This document shows, piece by piece, positions 56,191-64,000 of a stretch of 64,000 bases of DNA. The translations under genes and the position numbers were made by a program. A model generated the notes under the pieces. That model had not been told where the DNA came from, did not search any database, and saw nothing but the letters and a program-made list of their open reading frames with translations. Within the stretch, counting starts at the first letter, position 1. Each line of letters starts with the position of its first letter. The DNA is from an uncultured delta proteobacterium (GTDB lineage Bacteria > Desulfobacterota > Desulfobacteria > Desulfobacterales > CAWEAR01), in assembly GCA_963806835.1 (NCBI GenBank), contig CAWEAR010000033.1, positions 33,992 to 97,991 of the forward strand. The letters run 5' to 3'.

Positions 56191-57094
56191 ATGAAATCTT
56201 TAAAAGCCTTATCTTATAACACCGGATTAAATGAAAACAGGGAAAAGCCTCTTTTTGCCGAAGATGATTTCTGTAAAGACGGTCTTGCGGTATCTGAAGA
56301 AGAATACTGGGAAAAATATTACAATGATCCTGATTTCAGTTACGAGTGGAATAACGGGGTTTTAGAGGTAAAACCTATGTCTGATATTAAAGGGAGCCAG
56401 ATATACCGCTGGTTTTTAAGTATTCTGGAATGTTATTTTTCAACTTATCCTGTAGGCATTATTGTAAATCTTGAAATCGGATTCCGTCTGGCTCTTGCAC
56501 GATAAAACCAGTATCCGCAAGCCTGATATGGGAATAATCCTTCATAAAAATTCTGTTGCCGCTAATCCTGATGATTGCAATTATACAGGTAGTTTTTGAT
56601 ATGTGTATTGAATCCCTTTCATATTCTGATCCAGAAGAGGTAAAACGGGATACACTTTATTCAAAAAAGAGGAATATGAGGGAATCGGCGTAAAAGAATA
56701 TTATATTCTGGATGCAAGAGGCAAAGAAACATCCTTTTATGGTCTTAATACAAAAGGGAAATATCAGAAAATCAGACCTGTAAATAAAGGATATAATCCG
56801 TTCTCATGCACTGGAAGGTTTTCGGTTCAGGATTTCTGATCTGTACCGTCAGCCTTCCCTGAAAGATTTGGCGGAGGATGAAGTTTACTGCAAATATGTT
56901 CTCCCATTTTATCAGGAGGTCAGAGAAAAAGCTGAAAAGGCTGAAAAGGCTGAAAAACAGATAGTTATAGAAAAGCAGAAGGCGGAAGAGGCTGAAAAAC
57001 AAATAATTCTGGAAGGAAAAGAGCCGAAAAGGCTGAAAAGAGAGCGGAACGCCTTGCAGAAAAACTCAGAGAACTTGGAATCAGCGTTGAATAA
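56191..57094 (+). pseudogene. Uma2 family gene, multiply frameshifted paralogue of 57738-58625
   Basis: It is colinear with the intact copy (..DGLAVSEEEYWEKYYNDPDFSYEWNNGVLEVKPMSD.. to ..LRELGISVE*) but needs several frame changes after 56505. Confidence 0.7.
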
Positions 57095-57096
57095 AT

Positions 57097-57704
57097 ATGC
57101 GAAGAAAACTTACCCGTTCTGAAAATATGGCGCGAATCCGGAGCCGGGATACAAAACCTGAAATTCAGTTGAGACAGGCGTTATGGGCTGAAGGATTCCG
57201 TTACAGACTGAACAGCAAATTGCCGGGCGACCTGATATTATTTTTGCACAGGCGAAAGTTGCAATCTTTGTTGACGGATGTTTCTGGCACGGATGTCCGC
57301 TTCATTATTCACCGCCCCGCACACAGCAGAATTTCTGGAGAGACAAACTCAGAAAAAACGTCTTACGGGATATTGCAGCAGATGATGCTCTGAAATCAGA
57401 TGGATGGCATGTTATCCGAGTTTGGCAGCATGAGCTTTCAGATATGGACGGCGTTGTAAAAAAAATAACTGGAATACTTAAACATTCTGAAAATCTAAAA
57501 ATATATAAGATAGATACGGTTTTGATTGGCAATGTTTCCGAAACAGCCATTCAGTACGGACAGCCAAAAACATGGTGGATATGCGACTGCGGAAGCAAAG
57601 ATGTGCAGGTTTTTGAATTGGAAAGAGCCGATTTATCTGCCGGACATGCGGAACTGATATGCAGGGAATGCCGGAAAATTTGGAGAACAACAAGACCGCT
57701 CTGA
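57097..57704 (+). CDS. vsr: Very-short-patch repair endonuclease with a C-terminal Cys-rich extension (one homopolymer frameshift at ~57225)
   Basis: MARIRSRDTKPEIQLRQALWAEGFRYRLNSKLPG|(R)PDIIFAQAKVAIFVDGCFWHGCPLH..FWRDKLRKNVLRDI...GWHVIRVWQHEL. GGG->GGGG restores the frame. An extra ~65 aa carries CDCG...CRECRK. Confidence 0.8.
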
Positions 57705-57737
57705 TCTGTCAGCGTGATGTAAAATCAGGTTGAAAAT

Positions 57738-58625
57738 ATGAAAATTTTAAAGACATTATCACATGATTCCGAAATATATGAAAGCAGTCATAATATGATT
57801 ACGGAAGGTGAAGTATCTTATGACGGGCTTGCGGTTTCCGAAGAAGAATACTGGAAAAAATATTATAATGATCCTGATTTCAGTTACGAATGGAATAACG
57901 GAGTCTTAGAGGCAAAACCCATGTCGGATATTAAAGGCAGCAGGATATACAGGTGGTTTTTAAGCATTCTGGAATGTTATTTTTCAACTTATCCCACAGG
58001 CATTATTGTAAATCTTGAAATAGGATTCCGTATGGAACTTGAGGATAAAACAAGTATTCGTAAACCTGATATGGGGATAATCCTTCATAAAAATTTTGTT
58101 ACCGCGAATCCTGATGATTGCAATTATACAGGTATTTTTGATATGTGTGTCGAATCTCTCTCATATTCCGCACCCGGAGAGATCAGGAGAGACACGGTTT
58201 ACAAGAAAAAAGAATATGAGGGTATCGGCGTAAAAGAATATTTTATTCTGGATGCAAGGGGAAAAGATACGGCATTCTATGCTCTTAATAAAAAAGGGAA
58301 ATATCAGAAAATCAGACCTGTAAAGAAGGATATAATCTGTTCCCATGTATTGGACGGCTTTCAGTTCAGAATTTCTGATTTGTACCGGCAGCCTTCTCTG
58401 AAAGAACTGACCGGGGATGAACTCTACTGCAAATATGTTCTGCCGTTTTATCGGGATGTCAGGGAAAAAGCAGAACAGGCTGAAAAACAGATAATTCTGG
58501 AAAAACAGAAGGCGGAACAGGAACGAAAAAGAGCGGAGCAGGCTGAAAAACAGATGATTCAGGAGCGGCAAAGAGCGGAGCGTCTCGCGGAAAAACTCAG
58601 AGAACTCGGAATCAGCATTGAATAA
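57738..58625 (+). CDS. Uma2 family endonuclease-fold protein with a Lys/Glu-rich coiled-coil tail
   Basis: 295 aa. KPDMGIIL..., FDMCVESLSYSAPGEIRRDTVYKKKEYEGIGVKEYFILD. Tail EKAEQAEKQIILEKQKAEQERKRAEQAEKQ. Confidence 0.7.
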   Translation: MKILKTLSHDSEIYESSHNMITEGEVSYDGLAVSEEEYWKKYYNDPDFSYEWNNGVLEAKPMSDIKGSRIYRWFLSILECYFSTYPTGIIVNLEIGFRMELEDKTSIRKPDMGIILHKNFVTANPDDCNYTGIFDMCVESLSYSAPGEIRRDTVYKKKEYEGIGVKEYFILDARGKDTAFYALNKKGKYQKIRPVKKDIICSHVLDGFQFRISDLYRQPSLKELTGDELYCKYVLPFYRDVREKAEQAEKQIILEKQKAEQERKRAEQAEKQMIQERQRAERLAEKLRELGISIE

Positions 58626-58657
58626 ATATGCAAAGAAATTTGAATATGGAATAAAAA

Positions 58658-59224
58658 ATGATAGAATCTGTTAAAAGCAATGCTGATTATGCTGACCTTT
58701 ATTCTATTCCTGAAAACATGATTGGAGAAATCATTGACGGCGAACTTTATGCCATGCCAAGACCATCGCCGAGACATTGTAATACAGCATCTTCATTGGG
58801 AATCATAATAGGATATTATTACAAAATTGGCATGAATGGCGGTATAGGAGGATGGTGGATATTGGATAAACCGGGAATTCATTTCAGCGATCTCAAAGAA
58901 GATATTATGGTACCTGATATATCCGGCTGGAAAAAAGAAAAAATGCCTGAACTCCCGGCAGAAACTTATTTTTCTGTTACGCCGGATTGGATTTGCGAAA
59001 TATTATCACCGGCAACGGCTGCACATGACAGAAAAAAGAAGCTGCCCAAATATGCCAAATTCGGAGTATCATATTTCTGGATAGTTGATCCCGCAAACAG
59101 AACAGTTGAAATTTTAAAACTGAAAAATGGTGAGTACTCAGTATCAGCAGTTTATTGCGAAGATGACAAAATGAAAGCAGAGCCTTTTACGGAAATTTTA
59201 ATTGATTTAAAAAATATCTGGTAA
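58658..59224 (+). CDS. Uma2 family endonuclease-fold protein
   Basis: 188 aa. GELYAMPRPSPRH..., MVPDISGW..., PDWICEILSPATAAHDRKKKLPKYAKFGVSYFWIVDP. Confidence 0.75.
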   Translation: MIESVKSNADYADLYSIPENMIGEIIDGELYAMPRPSPRHCNTASSLGIIIGYYYKIGMNGGIGGWWILDKPGIHFSDLKEDIMVPDISGWKKEKMPELPAETYFSVTPDWICEILSPATAAHDRKKKLPKYAKFGVSYFWIVDPANRTVEILKLKNGEYSVSAVYCEDDKMKAEPFTEILIDLKNIW

Positions 59225-59346
59225 CTCATGTTATGCACCCGTTATGTCATTTCTGCGTAAGCAGGTATTAGGAAAAGTCAGAAAACACCGCGGTATTTCA
59301 GCTTACGCTGGAATGACGGTGAGTAATGTGAGATGGTAAATAAATT

Positions 59347-60631
59347 ATGAGTAATACAGTTATCCGTGTTGAATATTTAAGTAAAGAATATAAACTTGGT
59401 CTTGTGGTTCATGACAAGCTGGCAGACTTGATTTCCGCCGGCGACTGAAAAAATTACCGATGGAATAAAAAAACTGTTGAATATTCCGAAACCTGATGAT
59501 AAGATACAGAACATAAAAAAGGATATGCCTGAATATATATAGGCAATTAAGGATGTTTCTTTTGAAGTAAAACAGGGTGAGATTGTCGGCATTATCGGTA
59601 AAAACGGGGCGGGTAAAAGCACATTATTAAAAATTTTGACGGGAATCACTGAACCGACAAAAGGCAGAGTATGGATAAAAGGAAGAGTAGGAAGTCTGTT
59701 AGAAGTGGGAACAGGCTTTCACCCTGAATTGACAGGTCGTGAAAATGTCTTTTTAAACGGCGCGATTCTCGGAATGACACGGACAGAAATTAAGAAAAAA
59801 TTTGATGAAATTGTCGCTTTTGCTGAAATTGAAAAATTTATTGATACCCCGGTTAAACGATATTCAAGTGGAATGTATGTAAGATTGGCTTTTGCTGTGG
59901 CAGCTCATTTGGAGCCTGAAATTTTGCTGGTAGATGAAGTTTTAGCTGTTGGAGATGCCTCATTTCAGAAGAAATGTCTCGGCAAAATGAATGATGTTTC
60001 AAAGCAAGGGAGGACAATATTATTTGTAAGTCATAATATGACAGCACTTCAAAGCCTTTGCCAAAGGGCTATATGGCTGAATAATGGTAATGTTAAAGAT
60101 GATGGACAGGCAACTAAAATAGTTACAAATTATTTACAGGCATTTTCTGCTTCTGTGCTTGAACAGAAATGGAATAATCCTGAAGATGCCCCTGGCACTG
60201 ATAAAGTCAGAGTTCATTATATCCGTGTTTCTCCTGAAGATGAATCTACAGACAGAATAACGATTCATACTCCTATTAAAATAGAGTTTGAATTTTGGAA
60301 TTTTATACCAAATACCTGTTTAAATATTAGTCTTCATCTTTATAACCTTGAAAATATTTTTGTTTTTGATTCTCCGTCAGAGTCAAAAACATTTCAGGCA
60401 GGATTTTGCCATATTCCGGGAAATCTTTTGAATGATGGAGGATATAGGGTTGAAATGATGGTTCTTAAAGATACAACCGAGTGGTTATTTTTTCATGACA
60501 ATTTAGCGATGTTTGAAATTCATGATGTTGAACGTGATGAAATTAAGTGGTATGGAAAATGGGCTGGGATAATTCGTCCGAAATTAATTTGGAAAACAGA
60601 ATGGCTTGACAATCTTCCAAACATAACTTGA
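59347..60631 (+). pseudogene. wzt: Wzt-type polysaccharide ABC ATPase with a C-terminal glycan-binding-like domain; 5' end disrupted (frameshift ~59440 and in-frame TAG 59540-59542)
   Basis: The N-terminus [31 protein letters not shown].. parallels the second wzt copy at 63633. TAG replaces the Trp codon of MPEYIW. The Walker A motif GKNGAGKST lies upstream of the only uninterrupted ORF (59636-60631). Confidence 0.7.
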
Positions 60632-60635
60632 CATT

Positions 60636-62078
60636 ATGAAAAAGAATCTTTTGATTATTATTGCTTTATTGTTTATTTCGGTTGGAATTATATGTAATGA
60701 GTGGGTGATTGGTATAATATTCAGTTCTGACGGGGTAATCGAATCAATATCTTTCAGAATCAGAATTTTTGTATTTGAGATATTTCTTATAGTCATAGGT
60801 TATTATATAATAAAACACAGTGGTACCGCTTCTTTTCATCCGAAGAATATTTTCTTGATATGTATTAGTTTGATACTGATTTCATCAGGTATTTTGATTA
60901 ATGAGTGGGTTATTGCAAAAATATTCAGCCCTTTCTTTGGTATCCATGTTTATAATAGTTCAGTAAAAATAGTGACTTGGCTATTTGATTTAGTAGTTAT
61001 CCTTATTGGTTATTGCATTATAAAGTATCAAAACAGAATTTCTGTAAAAACAATGAGTGTGAGTTTTGCGGTTCTATGTTTTTCAATGTTTATATCATTA
61101 GTAAGTGGTGAGTTATTTTTAAGAGTTGCAGGATATAAAGCATGGCGACCGGATGAATGGAATAATGAAAAAATTATTCCACCGCTTGTTGAACCCGGAG
61201 GTAAGTTCTATCAAACACATCATTCGCTAGGTTATATTCATTTACCCGGTGAGTTTAAAGTTATTTATCCTGACGGATATTCATTTAAAGTAACCCATCG
61301 TACTGATACTTTGAGAATAACTCATCCTTTAGAAACCTATGATTCATATAAAAAAGATGAAATCTGGATTTTTGGCTGTTCATTTACATATGGGTGGGTT
61401 TTAAATGATAATGAAACATATGCTTGGCTATTGCAGGAAAAAATGACAGATTATGAGATTGTTAATTTCGGAGTAGGAGGATATGGAACATTACATTCAT
61501 TAATTCAGTTTCAGGAATTTCTTAAAACCCGAAAAAAGCCTGTGATTGTAATTATTGCTTATGCTTCCTTTCATGATGAAAGAAATACATTTTTAAGAAG
61601 TCGGAGAAAAGTAGTTGCAGCTTTTAACAAACTCGGACCATGCATACAGCCATATGCAAGGATTGATAAAAAAGGAGAAATCATTTATGCTATGGCAAAT
61701 GTTGAATACACTCCGTTTCCCCTGATGCGTTATTCAGCTTTTATACACCTGATTGAAAACTCTTATAATAACATTGAAGACCGATTTTATCATAGTCATG
61801 AAGTTTCCAAAGCTATTATCAGAGAATTTTTTAAGATAGCCCAAGAAAATGATATAAAACTTTTTGTTGCTGGTATAACGTCTGATTCAACGACTTCTGA
61901 TATGCTACAATATTGTCAAAACCAAGGAATTATGACGGTTGATATATCTGTTGATTTGACAAGAAAAGAAAATACCATGCTGCCGCATGATGGTCATCCA
62001 AGTCCGATTGCAGACAGACAATATGCTGATAAACTTGCAGCTTTTTTAAGAAATAATATAAGTCATTATGAGAAATAA
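60636..62078 (+). CDS. Membrane protein with duplicated N-terminal TM module and C-terminal SGNH/GDSL-hydrolase-like domain
   Basis: Block I-like IWIFGCSFTYG (Cys in place of the usual Asp), a GVGGYG block, and block V-like HDGHPSP. The N-terminal module NEWVI..IFS....IFVFEIFLIVIGYYIIK is repeated twice. Confidence 0.6.
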   Translation: MKKNLLIIIALLFISVGIICNEWVIGIIFSSDGVIESISFRIRIFVFEIFLIVIGYYIIKHSGTASFHPKNIFLICISLILISSGILINEWVIAKIFSPFFGIHVYNSSVKIVTWLFDLVVILIGYCIIKYQNRISVKTMSVSFAVLCFSMFISLVSGELFLRVAGYKAWRPDEWNNEKIIPPLVEPGGKFYQTHHSLGYIHLPGEFKVIYPDGYSFKVTHRTDTLRITHPLETYDSYKKDEIWIFGCSFTYGWVLNDNETYAWLLQEKMTDYEIVNFGVGGYGTLHSLIQFQEFLKTRKKPVIVIIAYASFHDERNTFLRSRRKVVAAFNKLGPCIQPYARIDKKGEIIYAMANVEYTPFPLMRYSAFIHLIENSYNNIEDRFYHSHEVSKAIIREFFKIAQENDIKLFVAGITSDSTTSDMLQYCQNQGIMTVDISVDLTRKENTMLPHDGHPSPIADRQYADKLAAFLRNNISHYEK

Positions 62079-63609
62079 ACTTTTATTTGGTATCGGTTTA
62101 TGTTTTATTATACTCGGAATTATACTGAATGAATGTTTAATAGCTAAATTATTTACTTCTGATGGTGTGCTTGGCTCTTTATCATTCAGAAGCAGAATTT
62201 TTGTATTTGAAATATTTCTTATCATTAGCGGATATTTTATAATAAAATATCGTAACATTTTTTATTTAAAAAATATTTTCCTTACAAGTATCGGATTATT
62301 CCTGATTTTATGCGGAATCCTGTTTAATGATTGGTTCTTTGATAAAATATTCTGTATTCGTTATGGTACGCTTTCAAGGACAAGCATATGGATATTTAAT
62401 ATAGTAATTATACTTCTCGGCTTGCTTATTATCAGGTATCAAAATAAAGATATGGTATTAAATTTCAGTATCAGCGGCTTTTCTATATTTGTAGCACTTA
62501 TAATTTTGGAATTTTTTTTAAGATTCATCAATCCCCCTTTAATTCAAGGTATTGGAACAGATCAGACAGAAAAAGCAAAATTTTATGGATGGGCATTACC
62601 GCCTAATACAAAATTACCGTTTATCAACCCTGACAACGGTAATATATCTTATTTTAAAATAAATTCTCATGGATGGAAAGATATTGAGCATCAGTTTGAA
62701 AAACCTCAAGGTATTCATCGAATTTTATTTTTAGGAGATTCAAATACTTATGGGGTAGTTCCATTAGAAGATTTATATACCCGTAAGGTTGATCAGTTAT
62801 TAAAAGAACGGGGAATGAGAAATATTGAGGTGATTACTATTGGAGTGGGGGGGTGGGGAACAGATCAGTGTCTGGAGGCTCTAGTTACAGAAGGAATAAA
62901 ATATCATCCTGATTTAGTTATATATACTTTTTGCGGGAATGATGTTCTTGATAATCTTCCTCCGTCTAAAGATAATCCTGATGCTCTTCAATGGAAAAAA
63001 CCGTTTGATTATAAAGTTCAAAATGGAGAACTGATAAGGGTTTCAAGAAAAGTTCAAAAAACAAAAAAAAAATGTTTATATAAAATTGTAATGCTTGATA
63101 AAATTATTAAATTTAAGGATAATTTATTCAATAAAAACATAATTGTGTATGAAGCATTACAAAATCAGCACTGGTGGGAACCATATGCCCCTGATCCGAC
63201 ATCATCATGCTATCCATATAGTCCTTCTGGTGAATCTTCTGACCTCAGATACGCATGGAATTTATTAGAATTACTTATTTTAAAGATGAAAACAGTTTCA
63301 CAGGAAAATAATGCAAAATTTATAGTTTTTTCTGAAGAAAGTGATGAAGGAAAAAGGCTTTGGAATATCAGATGGAATCAAATTTCAACAGACGGAATAT
63401 CTGATTATATCATCAGGGAAGGAAAAAAATATTCTGTTGATTGGAAACGCCCTTTAAAGAATCTTACTGATATATGTGATAAGCATAATATTCCTTTGAT
63501 TAAACCTAAAAGAAAATATGACCGTTATGAATATGACCCTCATGCTAATTCCGTTGGAAATTCAAGAATGGCTGAAGATATAACAGAATTTTTGATCAGC
63601 AGATTCTAA
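62068..63609 (+). CDS. Paralogous membrane SGNH/GDSL-hydrolase-like protein
   Basis: Block I ILFLGDSNTYG, a GVGGWGTDQ block, a FCGNDV block, and block V-like DPHANSVG. It has the same duplicated N-terminal TM module and overlaps the previous gene by 11 nt. Confidence 0.65.
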   Translation: MRNKLLFGIGLCFIILGIILNECLIAKLFTSDGVLGSLSFRSRIFVFEIFLIISGYFIIKYRNIFYLKNIFLTSIGLFLILCGILFNDWFFDKIFCIRYGTLSRTSIWIFNIVIILLGLLIIRYQNKDMVLNFSISGFSIFVALIILEFFLRFINPPLIQGIGTDQTEKAKFYGWALPPNTKLPFINPDNGNISYFKINSHGWKDIEHQFEKPQGIHRILFLGDSNTYGVVPLEDLYTRKVDQLLKERGMRNIEVITIGVGGWGTDQCLEALVTEGIKYHPDLVIYTFCGNDVLDNLPPSKDNPDALQWKKPFDYKVQNGELIRVSRKVQKTKKKCLYKIVMLDKIIKFKDNLFNKNIIVYEALQNQHWWEPYAPDPTSSCYPYSPSGESSDLRYAWNLLELLILKMKTVSQENNAKFIVFSEESDEGKRLWNIRWNQISTDGISDYIIREGKKYSVDWKRPLKNLTDICDKHNIPLIKPKRKYDRYEYDPHANSVGNSRMAEDITEFLISRF

Positions 63610-63632
63610 AAACTCTGAATTAGTAAATGTAA

Positions 63633-64000
63633 ATGACTATGGCAAACAATAATGACATCGTTATTCGTGTAGAAAACATCAGCAAATTCTATAAACTTGG
63701 TTTAGTTGTCAATGATAAGTTAGCAGATTTGATTTCTGCCAGTGCAGAAAAAGTCGTAAATGGTATTCGGCGATTGGTGAATAGCTCTGAATCTGATGAT
63801 AGAACACAAAAATCAAAAATCAAAAATCAAAAATCAGATATGCCTGAATATATCTGGGCTTTACAGAATGTATCTTTTGAGCTTAAGCAAGGAGAGGTTC
63901 TTGGCATTATAGGTAAAAACGGTGCGGGCAAAAGTACGCTTCTGAAAATTTTGACAGGAATAACTGAGCCTACTGAAGGAAAAATATGGATGAAAGGACG
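63633..64000 (+). CDS. wzt: Second Wzt-type ABC ATPase (5' part; runs off the window)
   Basis: [36 protein letters not shown]...[53 protein letters not shown]. It is intact across the positions that are broken in the first copy. Confidence 0.8.
   Translation, partial: MTMANNNDIVIRVENISKFYKLGLVVNDKLADLISASAEKVVNGIRRLVNSSESDDRTQKSKIKNQKSDMPEYIWALQNVSFELKQGEVLGIIGKNGAGKSTLLKILTGITEPTEGKIWMKG

Noticed and set aside
56772-58571. Minus-strand ORFs 56772-57002 and 58161-58571, rich in Phe/Leu/Ser.
   Set aside because: They are antisense translations of the Lys/Glu-rich (GAAAAAGC-type) coiled-coil tails of the Uma2 genes.
60584-62258. Two similar 70-aa minus-strand ORFs (60584-60796 and 62046-62258), both containing IRNISNTKIL.
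   Set aside because: Their similarity only reflects the paralogy of the plus-strand SGNH membrane genes, whose 5' regions they overlap.
1-64000. tRNA, rRNA, tmRNA or riboswitch genes.
   Set aside because: Scanning the non-coding stretches by eye (e.g. 3155-3300, 20645-20885, 41248-41566, 44969-45358 and 46832-47290) showed no T-loop/acceptor signatures or riboswitch cores I recognise. A covariance-model scan would be needed to exclude them.

Overview
Visibly AT-rich bacterial chromosomal window. I saw no rRNA or tRNA. It mixes housekeeping operons with a heavy load of selfish and accessory DNA.

Left part: rnfC(partial)-D-G-E-A, a VIT/VWA secreted protein, a TRAP DctM permease, a TpsA-like (filamentous-haemagglutinin type) exoprotein and a 1,106-aa dockerin-bearing surface protein. 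It also holds a B12-binding radical SAM enzyme, one complete IS607-family element (serine recombinase TnpA + TnpB, perfect 19-bp terminal inverted repeats), nfnA/nfnB-like (sudB/sudA-like) genes, an NtrY-like kinase and bamA.

Middle: a HicAB-like pair, a PflX-like radical SAM gene, a degenerate receiver/PilZ-like protein, a class I aldolase (ADH-synthase-like), ugd, smr, a GNAT gene, a polysaccharide deacetylase, ruvB and a PilX-N/3xLamG protein. The locus I rate most interesting is here, at 37.3-41.3 kb. It is an orphan 1,225-aa helicase-like gene with its own promoter and an overlapping 90-aa ORF.

Right part: ECF cbiQ/cbiO, lipoproteins and a glycan cluster (fcl, SxtJ-like/DUF5989/carbamoyltransferase, wzm, two wzt, two SGNH membrane proteins). 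The cluster is invaded by nuclease and toxin-antitoxin genes: a PD-(D/E)xK protein, minimal nucleotidyltransferases, YefM-YoeB, a Schlafen/AlbA_2 gene plus a retropepsin-like protease, four Uma2 paralogues and vsr.

Several families of short palindromic repeats form arrays in intergenic, intra-operon and even intragenic positions.

Many genes, including essential ones (bamA, rnfE, nfnB), carry single-base frameshifts, mostly at homopolymers. I read these as draft-sequence errors rather than decay.

Gene content (rnfCDGEA order, NfnAB-like pair, ADH-synthase-like aldolase, AgmX/PglI-like domain) hints at a Desulfobacterota-like anaerobe. That is inference only.
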